From: Verrucomicrobiota bacterium
GTDB taxonomy: Bacteria; Verrucomicrobiota; Verrucomicrobiia; Limisphaerales; AAA164-E04
DNA: 64,000 nt
Reading direction: 5' to 3'
NCBI GenBank assembly: GCA_029247315.1
Contig: JAQWLM010000121.1
Location: 8,620-72,619, forward strand
Shown here: positions 20,034 to 30,501 of the stretch, piece by piece
Layout of the letters: each line of letters opens with the position of its first letter
Numbering within the stretch: the stretch's first letter is position 1
The notes under the pieces: generated by a model
What the model was told of the DNA's origin: nothing
What the model saw: only the letters and a program-made list of their open reading frames with translations
The model's database searches: none
Position numbers and translations under genes: made by a program

Positions 20034-20210
20034 GTCGTCTTCCTTTTCCATCAAAAACTTGCCTGCAGCGGTAGTATGCATGCATGAAAGTCCATGCTGG
20101 TCAAATGGCAAGGATTATGCTAGCAATTCACTGAGATAAGGTTTTTCTCACGACTGACGCGAAAGCTGGTTTAAGAGCTTGACCGTCCATGCTCACCAAG
20201 CCACTGAACT

Positions 20211-23200
20211 ATGGAAACCAGACGCGTCAGGACCACTGATAAGAGTCAGAGGAATCAGGATACATGGCGGCCAACCCCGGCTTTCAATTACACATTGGGA
20301 AGTTGGATTCCCATACTTACCCTTCTTATTTTAAGTAATGGAGCAATACCCGTTTACGCCCAGGATGTTAACCTGCTTGACAGTGACCATGATGGGATCA
20401 CCAACCAGGACGAACTGAGGATCCACCGCACCAATCCATTCAATGCGGATACCGATGAGGATGGGATCCCCGATCCGGAAGAAATAGAAAATCCAGAGTT
20501 GAATCCAGTCAACCCTTCATCTTTCATCCCTAAGCGATTGTTCCTGATGAGTTTCGAAGACATCAAAGGGGGTAATTTTGACAAAGTCATCCCCAGAAAA
20601 GCTCAGGAAATCGAAATGACAGATGGATGGATTCTCGGTGGAAACCGATTTTCTGAAAAGGATGCGAGCCAACTGAATTTCCCCTATCGCCAAAAGGATT
20701 CGAGCCCCCTGCTCAATGTGAGGGAGGGTTCCATACGGTTGTGGTATCGACCTGACTGGTCCAGCCGCTCTCTGGGAGGCAAGGGGCCGGGTACATTTGC
20801 ACGATTGTTGGAGCTGGGTGAAAACTCGTCCAATCAAACCAAGGGTTGGTGGGCACTTTACCTGAATCGTTTCTCAGACCGGATTCTACTTGCCAGCAAA
20901 CAAAGAGGATTCGCAGTCCCACAACTTAGCGCTACGATTCAAATGCAGGAGGGACAATGGTATGAGATTGTCCTCACTTATACCTCCACACATTCCAGCA
21001 TATTCATCAACGGGGAGCGTATCGGAACGGGCCAAGGCATGAGGCAGTATCCTTCTGATGCAGACCGAAATGCCAGCGGGCTTTGGGTTGGATCGAGTTC
21101 CAGCGGCACGTTTCAAGCCAACGGAACCCTCGACGAACTGGAGATCTACAACTACGTTCTTGATGCGGAGACCATTCGTAGTAACTACGCGATGACTCAG
21201 CAGGATAGCGATGGGGATGGATTGACAGATTTCCAGGAAATCCTTGTCTATCTCACAGACCCAAACCAACCAGATTCCGATGCGGATGGGGTAAGCGACC
21301 TGGTAGAACTCGAGGCGGGCACAGCCCCCGACAACGCAAGCGATTTTCCATCCCTGCGATTGGCATACTTCGACTTCAACAATGGAACTTTCAGCGGTGA
21401 ACGCGGTCAACTTCCCACGCAGACGCGGAATGTGGACTGGATTAGAAGCTGGGACGAGTCAGCGGTCGACATAGGCCCCCCCGCCCCGTCTTTGTTGTCA
21501 TATGCCTATCAGGAAGAAGATCTTAGCAACAATTTTAATTTATCGATAGGAACATTCAGCTGCTGGATCGCGCCCAATTGGAATTCCGGGGTTCCACAGG
21601 ATGAGGTCGGCCGCCTTCTTGAAATCGGTCAATGGAGCTCAAACGCATCCCACGGCTGGTGGACTCTTCAGTTTAACAAGAACCGTGACCAGCTGGATTT
21701 TATTACTCAGGGAAAGGGACGATCAACCTTCAACATTTCGCATAAAATCCAATGGCGCTCTGATCGTTGGTATCATCTCACCCTCACCTACGGCCTGCTT
21801 GAATCAAGGCTCTATATCAACGGTGTGCTGGTCAAGCGGGGAAGCGGCGTGTCCGTCCATCCCTCCCAAGCAACCGCAAAACAGTCCGGAATTCTTATTG
21901 GAGGATCCACCCAGGGTTTTTTCAACGCCGACGTGCGACTGGATAACCTCGAAACCTACAACTATATCCTCACCGACGAGCAAACAAAAGACACATTCCT
22001 AGCGACCAGGCCAGATCACGATGGAGATGGCATCATTTCTTATGAGGAAAACCTGCTCTACCTGACGGATCCCCTCAATCCCGACTCAGATTACGATGGT
22101 GTCCTCGACGGCCAGGAACTGGATGAGGGAACCGACCCCGGTTATGGGTATGACGGTCAGGCACGTAACCTCGCACTCTTTACCTTTGATGAGGCACAGC
22201 TCCGTGGAAACAGAAACCAGAAACCGATCGTCAAGGGCTTGGCATCTCAGGTCCCAGGATGGAAAGGCTATGGAGTGCAACTTTCCACAGCAAACATGGA
22301 GGGCTTTGCCTATGCGGACGTGGAACAGGATGGTTTGCCCAACATCAATGTGCGTCAAGGAAGTGTCCGTTTCTGGTTTCGCCCTGACTGGAGTTCAGGC
22401 CAAGGCCCGGATACCGAGGTTCCCATCATTGAGATGGGTGCAAAATCAGAGGACCGTCGGCACGGCTGGTGGAGCATGCATTTCCATCAGAAGGGGCGTC
22501 GCATACGTTTGCAGGTGCAGGGCAGGGGGCGCACCTTCACTGGCTTCAATCACCCGATCGAATGGACAGCGGGTGAGTGGCATCACGTCGTCGCAACCTA
22601 CTCCATCGGAGGAAGTGAACTTTGGATCGACGGGGTTCAGGTGGCAACCGGCCTGGGGACCATCGAGTTTCCCAATCTTGAAGCCAGGGCGGCATCAGGC
22701 ATGCTGGTAGGGATGCGACCAGAGGCCCCGGAATCGATCAACGGCACTCTGGACGAATTGGCCACCTACAACTTCAAGCTCTCGCAAGCCCAAATCCTCA
22801 GCGACTTTTCCCCCAACCCACCCGATTCAGATCAGGATGGCTTGAGTGATTTGGTTGAATTAACCGTCCATCAAACCGACCCTAATGACCCTGATACAGA
22901 TGCAGATGGTATTCCCGATGGAAAGGAAATCATGGACGGCACCAACCCTTTGGACGAAACCGTGTTCGATCCTCAGCGCTTGAGTCGTTTCACCTTTGAT
23001 AACGACTCCTTGGCGGGTGAAGAGGGACAGCAACCTCTCCTGGCAAGGCAGACGTCTACTGAATCATCCTTTGCCATGGGTGGCATGGGATACCGTAGTG
23101 AGGATGGCAGTTTGCTCGTCTACAAGACTAAAGAAAATGATGGCCGCTCAAACATCAATCTACGAAAGGGGGCCATTCGACTCTGGCTCAAACCCAACTG

Positions 23201-25415
23201 GAGCAGCGGAGATCTCGGACACCCCTTCGGATCACGTTTGGTGGAAATCGGCCGGTTCAATGCCAATGGAACGGAGAATGATGGTTGGTGGGGACTTTTT
23301 TTCAATCAGGATAGATCCAAGCTTTTTTTCGCCTCACAAGGACCAAATACAACTCGGTGGAGCATCTACCTGACGGCTTCCAATCTCAACTTTGAAAAAA
23401 ACAAATGGTATGAAATCGAGCTGAACTACGGCCCCAAAACAGTCTATGCCTACGGTGTTCGATCGCCTGAAACCGCACAGTCTTTTGCCAACAGTTTTCT
23501 CTACATTAATGGAAAACGAAAAGGCTCAGGTACTGGAGTCCAACCCAGCGCGCTCCCAAACCAGCGGGCCATGGAGGGAGGATTTGCCATCGGAAGCCAA
23601 CTGGATGGCACGTTAAACGTAGACGCGATGATCGAGGATCTCAATTGCTTCAATTTCCAACAAAACATATGGAATGACAACATCGTCAGGAATCGCGCCT
23701 GGTCGGCCGAAACTACCCAGTCGCCACCCTCGGTGCGCCTTGTGCGCCGTGGCAAGGTTTCTGCCAACGGGCTTCTCCCTGTTTACATTGAGAAACGGAT
23801 CCTTGGGGAAACAAGTTGGAACATCATGGAGGAAGACTACAGGGAAGACTCCTGGATGGACACGCATGTTTGGAGCGGAGCAGTCTACGAATATCGCCTG
23901 AGAGACATGGATGATGATTCGGCGGATTTTCGCAGGGTGACCCTGACCGTCGCTATCGGCATCCAGCCCGTACACTTCCGGGGAAACCTGATTCTGGTGA
24001 GTGAGGCAGGTATGCCCCAGGCACTGGGAGAGGATTACGACACCTTCATCGCCGATCTGACAGGTGATGGATGGAATGTTATCGAACGCACTGCGCAGCG
24101 TCATGATGACCAATCCTGGCTGCAAAACGCAGCGGAAATCAGGCGTATTCGGGAAGAGATCAGGAGGATTGTGGAGGCGGAAGCACCTGGATATCCGCAT
24201 GTCCTCCTGAACCTGGGACACATTCCCGTGCCGCGTTCGGGACATTCTGCCCATGATGGACATTACGGGATACCGGGAACAGGTTCGGACCATCGTGGAG
24301 CATGGGCTGCGGACAGCTATTATGGAAGTTTGGATGACTCCTTCTGGAAGGATAAAGCCACCAAATTACATACGATCTACCCACAACTGCAGAACCTCCC
24401 CAACGATCAGAAATGGGATGCGGAAGTGCTGCCACGCCATCTGGAAGTTCCGGTGGGTCGCATCGATTTCTCGAATTTGAATTCATTCGGACAAGCAGAT
24501 TTTCTTCAATTAACAGACCACTCCCCCTGGTCTGTTGAAGTCGCCCTCACCCGCCAATATCTGCGCAAAAATCATCGCTATCGCCATGGACTCATTGAAT
24601 CGCATGATCGCATCACCTATTTTAATGGTCTCGGGTTTCTTCCCTACCACAATGGCGAGTATCAGGCAGTGAATCTTGCTGCAGCAGCTTTTGGCCTGAA
24701 GGAAGGGCATGCCATTCCGGGGCGCCCACTTTATACAAAGGCTCCCATCAAGTTTGGATACCATGAAATGAGGGCATTTTCCGCGGGCATTCAGCATGGT
24801 TGGGAGTATGGTAGGGCTGCCAATGGCTACAGCCACTACACCTGGGACTTGGTAAAAGCACAGAATGAGCCACCCGTTCTATTCTACATGATGTTTGGCT
24901 CCTGGTTTGGTGACTGGAACCTGACGGCAGAGAATTGGCTCAGAGGCGTGCTGGCAACACCCAACTATGGACTGATTTCTGTTTATCTGCCCAAGTTTTG
25001 GAAGTTACAAAAAATGGCCCTTGGTGCCCCCATCGCTGTGGCCATGGCTGAAATGAGCGACCTGACAGACCCATTTCGCGAGGCACCACGCATGATCAGC
25101 ATCATGGGTGACCCCACTCTCCGCCTGCACGTGCTATCCCCTCCAAATACGTTGACAGCAAAACGACAGAACACCCAGGTCCAGCTGGATTGGATCGACT
25201 CTCCGGAGCCGGACTGCCGATATTTTGTATACCGCCATCACTCATCCGAGGGATGGCGTTTGCTCAACACCGAAGCTCTGGAAACCAACGCATTTACCGA
25301 TGCAGAGCCCATCTTCCTGGAAACGGACTATATGGTCAGGGCTGTTAAAACCCAGATCAGCGGCAGCGGCAGTTATCGCAACCTGAGTCAGGGCGTGTTT
25401 GTCACCATCCCTTAA
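20211..25415 (+). CDS. Giant secreted protein: 4x (thrombospondin-type-3-like Ca-binding linker + LamG domain) followed by an FN3-flanked ~450-aa domain of unknown function
   Basis: 1734 aa. Signal-like WIPILTLLILSNGAIPVYAQ. Asp-rich linkers: DSDHDGITNQDE..DTDEDGIPD, DSDGDGLTDFQE..DSDADGVSD, DHDGDGIISYEE..DSDYDGVLD, DSDQDGLSDLVE..DTDADGIPD. Each linker is followed by a LamG-like unit (IRLWYRPDWSS..KGWWALYLN..IFINGE..LDELEIYNYVL, and three cognates). Confidence 0.85.
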   Translation: METRRVRTTDKSQRNQDTWRPTPAFNYTLGSWIPILTLLILSNGAIPVYAQDVNLLDSDHDGITNQDELRIHRTNPFNADTDEDGIPDPEEIENPELNPVNPSSFIPKRLFLMSFEDIKGGNFDKVIPRKAQEIEMTDGWILGGNRFSEKDASQLNFPYRQKDSSPLLNVREGSIRLWYRPDWSSRSLGGKGPGTFARLLELGENSSNQTKGWWALYLNRFSDRILLASKQRGFAVPQLSATIQMQEGQWYEIVLTYTSTHSSIFINGERIGTGQGMRQYPSDADRNASGLWVGSSSSGTFQANGTLDELEIYNYVLDAETIRSNYAMTQQDSDGDGLTDFQEILVYLTDPNQPDSDADGVSDLVELEAGTAPDNASDFPSLRLAYFDFNNGTFSGERGQLPTQTRNVDWIRSWDESAVDIGPPAPSLLSYAYQEEDLSNNFNLSIGTFSCWIAPNWNSGVPQDEVGRLLEIGQWSSNASHGWWTLQFNKNRDQLDFITQGKGRSTFNISHKIQWRSDRWYHLTLTYGLLESRLYINGVLVKRGSGVSVHPSQATAKQSGILIGGSTQGFFNADVRLDNLETYNYILTDEQTKDTFLATRPDHDGDGIISYEENLLYLTDPLNPDSDYDGVLDGQELDEGTDPGYGYDGQARNLALFTFDEAQLRGNRNQKPIVKGLASQVPGWKGYGVQLSTANMEGFAYADVEQDGLPNINVRQGSVRFWFRPDWSSGQGPDTEVPIIEMGAKSEDRRHGWWSMHFHQKGRRIRLQVQGRGRTFTGFNHPIEWTAGEWHHVVATYSIGGSELWIDGVQVATGLGTIEFPNLEARAASGMLVGMRPEAPESINGTLDELATYNFKLSQAQILSDFSPNPPDSDQDGLSDLVELTVHQTDPNDPDTDADGIPDGKEIMDGTNPLDETVFDPQRLSRFTFDNDSLAGEEGQQPLLARQTSTESSFAMGGMGYRSEDGSLLVYKTKENDGRSNINLRKGAIRLWLKPNWSSGDLGHPFGSRLVEIGRFNANGTENDGWWGLFFNQDRSKLFFASQGPNTTRWSIYLTASNLNFEKNKWYEIELNYGPKTVYAYGVRSPETAQSFANSFLYINGKRKGSGTGVQPSALPNQRAMEGGFAIGSQLDGTLNVDAMIEDLNCFNFQQNIWNDNIVRNRAWSAETTQSPPSVRLVRRGKVSANGLLPVYIEKRILGETSWNIMEEDYREDSWMDTHVWSGAVYEYRLRDMDDDSADFRRVTLTVAIGIQPVHFRGNLILVSEAGMPQALGEDYDTFIADLTGDGWNVIERTAQRHDDQSWLQNAAEIRRIREEIRRIVEAEAPGYPHVLLNLGHIPVPRSGHSAHDGHYGIPGTGSDHRGAWAADSYYGSLDDSFWKDKATKLHTIYPQLQNLPNDQKWDAEVLPRHLEVPVGRIDFSNLNSFGQADFLQLTDHSPWSVEVALTRQYLRKNHRYRHGLIESHDRITYFNGLGFLPYHNGEYQAVNLAAAAFGLKEGHAIPGRPLYTKAPIKFGYHEMRAFSAGIQHGWEYGRAANGYSHYTWDLVKAQNEPPVLFYMMFGSWFGDWNLTAENWLRGVLATPNYGLISVYLPKFWKLQKMALGAPIAVAMAEMSDLTDPFREAPRMISIMGDPTLRLHVLSPPNTLTAKRQNTQVQLDWIDSPEPDCRYFVYRHHSSEGWRLLNTEALETNAFTDAEPIFLETDYMVRAVKTQISGSGSYRNLSQGVFVTIP
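20373..23660 (+). repeat. Four tandem ~270-aa coding modules (Ca-binding linker + LamG) inside the 1734-aa ORF
   Basis: Approximate module boundaries are aa 55-320, 330-590, 600-860 and 868-1150. Landmarks recur in the same order: [R/K]xW[YFL][RK]P[DN]WSSG, [KHD]GWW, Y[IF]NG / WIDG, LD[EN]L[EA][IT]YN[YF]. The repeats are divergent at DNA level and seen in protein only. Confidence 0.8.
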
Positions 25416-27739
25416 TCAAACTCGAGTGTGGCGACCTCGCTGCGATCATCGCGACATTCCTTGATGAGTGTTCGATAAGTTTTTCGAGCATGCTCATAGG
25501 CATTCAAGGCGTCCTCCATCTCTCCTTTAGCAATGAAACGCTCCTTGTTCTTCCAGCACTGATCCACTCCCTGCAAGCACCATTCAGCACTGCGTCGACT
25601 GGCCCTTATGGGTTGATCTTCAACAGTGACAAAAATGGGATTGGTATGTGCACTCGGAAGGATGCGCACAGCAACCCAGCTGCTGTACTGGATGGGAACA
25701 CGAAACTCAAGTTCCCGTATTTGACCATCTGCAACGATCTTTTGCACGGAAACCGGGTAACCGTTCAAGACCAGTTCAACGGGTACCATGCGAGAGTCTC
25801 CGACCCTGGCACGCTCGATATGCCAATAAGGTTTCTGCTGATAGGGACGATCCCTCAAGCCGGGAATGGCCACCTCATCGAGTCGCGCCGCGACCCGCAC
25901 CTTCACAGTCACATCCTTGCCCTGCTCCAGTTTTAATTCGCTTCCCCTTTCACCCATGGCTCGATTTTCAACCCGAAAGTCCATCAGGTGACTGTATCCG
26001 TCACTCACATAGTTTTTTCCCTGGCGAATACCTTCACACCAGGCTTCGTAATCAAGTCGGCCAGCAAGTTTCACATAACTGCGTCCTAGGCCAACCCTTT
26101 CGCCGTAGATACAGGGAAAATCCGTTTCACCGCTGATACGGGTCCGATAACCAACGTTCAAAGTGTGATACCATATATTGAGTTCCCACGCATAAGGCGT
26201 GTCCACGGTCGAGATAAAATCAACAGCTGGCACCAGTTTACCACTGGGCCCGGGGACTTCATGGGTCACGTCGACGATATACTCATTCGCACCAATCCCG
26301 TTGAACGGCGGTATTTCATAGTTGGGAAGCGCCGCACTGGCTACCTCAAGTCCCCAACCCGAATGCGCAGGACCCACCAATGCACCCTGGGCCTTACCCC
26401 ATCGAAGCGTATTCAGGCATAAAGTGGGCCAATGATGCTTTGAGTCACCTCCCGGGTACATCTGTTCCTTGAGCCTCAGGAGGCAAAGGTGACCGGATTG
26501 ATGTGATCCAAAACCTGAAACTTCAACGTCATACCTCAGGAGGTAGGGATAGACAGAAACCTTGTCGTTCTTGCCAGTAAAAAACTGCTTTTGATAATCA
26601 AAACACGGACCCCAGGTCAGGTTTGCACCTACTTTCAAGTCCTCCCCAATGATGTGGCGAAGCATATCGGGAGCATGCACTCCCTCGGTTGGGTCGGTGT
26701 AGTGCGCGCAGCCTGCAGCGTGGATGTGATGGTCTCCGCTCCAGTAGCCAAAAAGGGAAGGATCGATCCAGCGCGTGACCGAAAAATCAAGCCGCCTCGT
26801 ACTGGAGTTGATTGTGATATTACGTGTGACTGGGATGGACTCGGGACCTCGAGCAAAGGTGAAGGTGTAAGTGCCCTCGGGAAGGCGCAGGATCTCACCG
26901 TCCGCTCGATAAATCTGAGGATGGAAGGAAAAATCGGGTGCAAGCCGCTTGGCTTGAGACGGGTAGACGCGCCCCAATGCATCTCGAATCTCAAACATTC
27001 CCGTAGTGGGGTTGCCTGACTCATCCTTGACGCCCAGTTCAATCTCCGGTGCCGCTCTGCAATGAAAAAGGATATCCACCTCGTTTCGAAAGCCGAGATC
27101 CTGGCTACCCTGTCCGACGTTGAAGGCCATACGAGCCTCTCTTTTCCCTTCGTCCCGGCTGTAAAGTTGAATCAAGCGATATTCCAATTCCAGTCCGGAA
27201 AGGGTCTTGGTCATGGGTTGTGCATCGTACATCTGCATCTCCATCCAAAGATCTGGAATGGCAGCAGCCGGGGCATTGTGCAAGCGTCCCGCGTTGAGAC
27301 TCTCCGCCTTGAGAGACGCAGTAACTCCAGCCTGATTGTTTACTTTCACCAAAAACTGGGTCCATCCGTGCTGTACCAATTCAGCGTCAGCAGGACCTCG
27401 TGCGACCTTGACGCGCATCTCCGGGTTGATCTGGACAAGATAGAGACAGCGTTGATCGAGTATTTCCTGAACTTGCCTTGCGCCGGACTCGGGATCCGAT
27501 GCCGCCATGGCAGACCGGAGTGCCGCCTTGTCTTTCCCTTGGAATGGCACTCCGAGATAATCGGTCGCCTCAAGGATTCGTTTCACCTGCGCTTTGAGGG
27601 GCTGCCAGGCAACATCCGAGACGATAGGTGCGGTGGCGGCAATGGTTGTCGATGTTTGCAGGAGAGATAACAGTCCCAGTGCTAATATAATGCATCCGCC
27701 TATTTTACGAAAAGAGTATCGTTTCATGGCCTTTTTCAT
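25412..27739 (-). CDS. Secreted CehA/McbA-like (PHP-type) metallohydrolase family protein
   Basis: 775 aa. Signal-like LALGLLSLLQTSTTIAA. Metal-binding-type motif YWSGDHHIHAAGCAHY, later GPAHSGWG and GETDFPC. Family call from these motifs only. Confidence 0.55.
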   Translation of the reverse strand: MKKAMKRYSFRKIGGCIILALGLLSLLQTSTTIAATAPIVSDVAWQPLKAQVKRILEATDYLGVPFQGKDKAALRSAMAASDPESGARQVQEILDQRCLYLVQINPEMRVKVARGPADAELVQHGWTQFLVKVNNQAGVTASLKAESLNAGRLHNAPAAAIPDLWMEMQMYDAQPMTKTLSGLELEYRLIQLYSRDEGKREARMAFNVGQGSQDLGFRNEVDILFHCRAAPEIELGVKDESGNPTTGMFEIRDALGRVYPSQAKRLAPDFSFHPQIYRADGEILRLPEGTYTFTFARGPESIPVTRNITINSSTRRLDFSVTRWIDPSLFGYWSGDHHIHAAGCAHYTDPTEGVHAPDMLRHIIGEDLKVGANLTWGPCFDYQKQFFTGKNDKVSVYPYLLRYDVEVSGFGSHQSGHLCLLRLKEQMYPGGDSKHHWPTLCLNTLRWGKAQGALVGPAHSGWGLEVASAALPNYEIPPFNGIGANEYIVDVTHEVPGPSGKLVPAVDFISTVDTPYAWELNIWYHTLNVGYRTRISGETDFPCIYGERVGLGRSYVKLAGRLDYEAWCEGIRQGKNYVSDGYSHLMDFRVENRAMGERGSELKLEQGKDVTVKVRVAARLDEVAIPGLRDRPYQQKPYWHIERARVGDSRMVPVELVLNGYPVSVQKIVADGQIRELEFRVPIQYSSWVAVRILPSAHTNPIFVTVEDQPIRASRRSAEWCLQGVDQCWKNKERFIAKGEMEDALNAYEHARKTYRTLIKECRDDRSEVATLEFD

Positions 27740-27893
27740 GGTGATTCAGCTACCAAGATTAACATGAATGATGTGCTTGTCATGGGTTTTCTGTGCCGAC
27801 AACCGGTAAAGTTGAGATGACACACCCTGGGTTCTACTAGCCCTGAAAACGAGCCACACAGACCGCTAACATTCTAATGAGCAACGAACAAAA

Positions 27894-29402
27894 TCACAAC
27901 CTTGATGGCTGAAAAGGAGTCTGGGGCGTCGTGGTTGCGGCTTTTTGAAGGAGGAGTTTTTTTAAACCTTGGATCAGAAGCCTGATATCCTGGCTTGGTT
28001 TTATGGCAAGGTTCCGGAATTCACCCGGATCAGCATGATAGTCATAAAGCTCGATACCATGATGTCCCTGCTCACCCCATTGGGTATAACGCCATCGCTC
28101 CGTGCGGACGCTGGCACCCATCACGTGTTCCCTTAATCGGTTATCAGCAGGTCGTAAAATCTGTGTCACGGCATGACCACCCCAAGCCCGAGTCGGATCT
28201 TCAAGCAAGGGAACGAGGCTGCGACCTTCCAAAGATGCCGGAGCATGGATCTTGGCCAAGTCGGTCAGGGTGGGATATATGTCAACAAACTCCACCACCC
28301 GTTGACAGCGCATCCCATTACCTTGCATACCAGGTACGCGCATGATCAGTGGGGTCCTGGCCACTTTTTCAAAAAGGGTTCGCTTCTGCCAAACCCCTTG
28401 ATGTTCGCCTAGATGATACCCATGGTCGCTCCAGAGAACGACGATGGTATTCTTGTCCAAACCAAGGCGAACCAAGGCATCCAACATCCTTCCTATCTGG
28501 GCGTCTACAAAGGAAACACAAGCGTAATAGGCTTGAATCGCTTTCCGGAGGGTCAATGCATCCAATCCGTAGTCGGGGATAGGGCAATTGTGTGCAAAGG
28601 CGGCATCCGGTATGTCCTGACGATCATCGAGGGGAGCATAGGGCAGTCGTATCAAATCAAGCGGATACAGGTCAAAATACTTTTGAGGTGCCACATAGGG
28701 CGTATGCGGCCGGAAGAATCCGGTGGCCAGAAAAAACGCCTCGTCTCGATGGGTCTCCAGGTAGCGTATGGCCGCAGAAGCAATCATCCCATCAGTTTGC
28801 TCCTCATCCGCCCCTTCAGCAGCCAACCAGCTTAACGCGGCACTGATCTTACGCTGAGGCTCAGCGTTAAAAATAAGATGTTCTTCAGCCTTGTCACGCC
28901 CCTTGGGATTAAAGACCTGCTGCCAACTCTGGGGGTCGTCATTCCCATTGGTGCCGATACCGGCAGGAACATTGTAATGATAAATCTTTCCAACACGGGC
29001 AGCCAACCAACCAGCTCGCATGAAGGCCTGGGGCATGGTGACAACGTTTGGCAAAGTTTCGCGGAAATGTTGATCCAAATCATATACCTTCGTTGCATCT
29101 GGTCGGCGTCCTGTCATCACCGAGGCACGCGAGGGATTACATAGCGGTATTTGGTTGTAGGCGCGCGTGAAAACCACACCGGAAGCGGCCAAACGATCCA
29201 TATTTGGAGTTTTTGCGATCACGTCATCCAAACAGCCCAAAGTGTCAGCCAAGTCGTCAACGGAGATGAAGAGCACATTGCTGGGCGAGGATCTGAGCTC
29301 CAGATCCCCAGCAAAGACACAAGCAATGAAACTGCCAAGGCAATTCCATGTCATACGGGTTTTCATTCGATACATGCTAGAAAAAGGTTGAGCATCATTC
29401 AA
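27894..29402 (-). CDS. Cys-type sulfatase (formylglycine-dependent; iduronate-2-sulfatase-like)
   Basis: [15 protein letters not shown], sulfatase signature [14 protein letters not shown] (C-x-P-S-R), [11 protein letters not shown], and an N-terminal signal. Confidence 0.9.
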   Translation of the reverse strand: MNDAQPFSSMYRMKTRMTWNCLGSFIACVFAGDLELRSSPSNVLFISVDDLADTLGCLDDVIAKTPNMDRLAASGVVFTRAYNQIPLCNPSRASVMTGRRPDATKVYDLDQHFRETLPNVVTMPQAFMRAGWLAARVGKIYHYNVPAGIGTNGNDDPQSWQQVFNPKGRDKAEEHLIFNAEPQRKISAALSWLAAEGADEEQTDGMIASAAIRYLETHRDEAFFLATGFFRPHTPYVAPQKYFDLYPLDLIRLPYAPLDDRQDIPDAAFAHNCPIPDYGLDALTLRKAIQAYYACVSFVDAQIGRMLDALVRLGLDKNTIVVLWSDHGYHLGEHQGVWQKRTLFEKVARTPLIMRVPGMQGNGMRCQRVVEFVDIYPTLTDLAKIHAPASLEGRSLVPLLEDPTRAWGGHAVTQILRPADNRLREHVMGASVRTERWRYTQWGEQGHHGIELYDYHADPGEFRNLAIKPSQDIRLLIQGLKKLLLQKAATTTPQTPFQPSRL

Positions 29403-29473
29403 CCTGGGAGTCTTTGGAGGCTTTCATCCAAACGAGGTTTTGACTCGGGACGACAGATGGATTCTGCAGGAAG

Positions 29474-30415
29474 ATGCCCTGCAGAATGAACAGACTTTAT
29501 CAAGTTCATCAAAGGGCTCGCTTGATCATGGGTGGAATTCAGGCTATCGATACATTGCTCATGCCAGACTTTCTCAAGTCATCAACACTGATGTTGGCTA
29601 TTCACGGTTCAACAGAGGATTCGAATCCTTCCAGGACAGCCCATGGGCTTGCACAATCAGTTAGGGATCAGGGAACCTTTCATGAAGTCATCACTGGCTT
29701 TTACAAACACCCTCCACTGCTTCACCAAGCGCTTCGTCAAGCCAAAGGTGACCGGGTCTTCGTGGTCCCCATGCTGATGAGTTCGGGCTACTTCGCTGAG
29801 ATTGTTTTTCCAAAATCGCTGGAGATAAGTTCAGATACCATCTGTTCTTTTCCATCCAAACACACCTTAGATGGAAAAAGGGTCATTTATTGCCAACCCA
29901 TTGGAATACATCCCGGCATGGAAAAGCTGGTCATTCAAAGTGCCCGACGAACGCTGATGGTCGCCCCAACTCCCTCCACGCCGTCACTCACTCACACATC
30001 ACTGGCCCTCGTGGCCCATGGCACAGCGCGTCACCAGAAAAGCAGGGTCTCGGTGGAAAGGCTTGTCAAAAGCCTGCAGAAACAGTCAGGACTTTTTAAG
30101 GACATACGCGCCTTTTACATCGAGGAACGCCCATTTGTCCGCGAGATTGTGGAATGGGAAACACCTGCGGACCACGTGGTGCTTGTCCCTTTCATGCTCG
30201 CCGAGGGGCCTCATGTCAGCCAGGATATACCACATGCTCTTGGTATCGCCATGGAAACGATTCAGCATCGAATGAGGAAAGGAACGGACACGTGGAAAAA
30301 CCCAAACACATGCGGTGACAAGTCCATCTGGATCAGCAGACCCATCGGAACTTCCCCTGGGCTCAAGGATTTGCTTATCGACACCGCCTATCAAGCCGGC
30401 CTTTTGCTGGATTGA
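29474..30415 (+). CDS. CbiX/SirB-type (class II) chelatase, two-domain form
   Basis: Two CbiX-like halves: LMLAIHGSTEDSNPS..VFVVPMLMSSGYFA and LALVAHGTARHQKS..VVLVPFMLAEGPHVSQDIP. The start is uncertain; an internal ATG at 29528 is possible. Confidence 0.65.
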   Translation: MPCRMNRLYQVHQRARLIMGGIQAIDTLLMPDFLKSSTLMLAIHGSTEDSNPSRTAHGLAQSVRDQGTFHEVITGFYKHPPLLHQALRQAKGDRVFVVPMLMSSGYFAEIVFPKSLEISSDTICSFPSKHTLDGKRVIYCQPIGIHPGMEKLVIQSARRTLMVAPTPSTPSLTHTSLALVAHGTARHQKSRVSVERLVKSLQKQSGLFKDIRAFYIEERPFVREIVEWETPADHVVLVPFMLAEGPHVSQDIPHALGIAMETIQHRMRKGTDTWKNPNTCGDKSIWISRPIGTSPGLKDLLIDTAYQAGLLLD

Positions 30416-30501
30416 TTCGCTTCGGTTTTCAGGCTAGAAAAGGAGGCCCTGAAGTTTCCATATGCAGCAAAGGGCATATCGGCATTGATGGGATCACTCG
30501 A

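Noticed and set aside
23613-24293. 226-aa minus-strand ORF
   Set aside because: It is antisense to the C-terminal domain of the 1734-aa gene. It has no motifs and is a shadow ORF.
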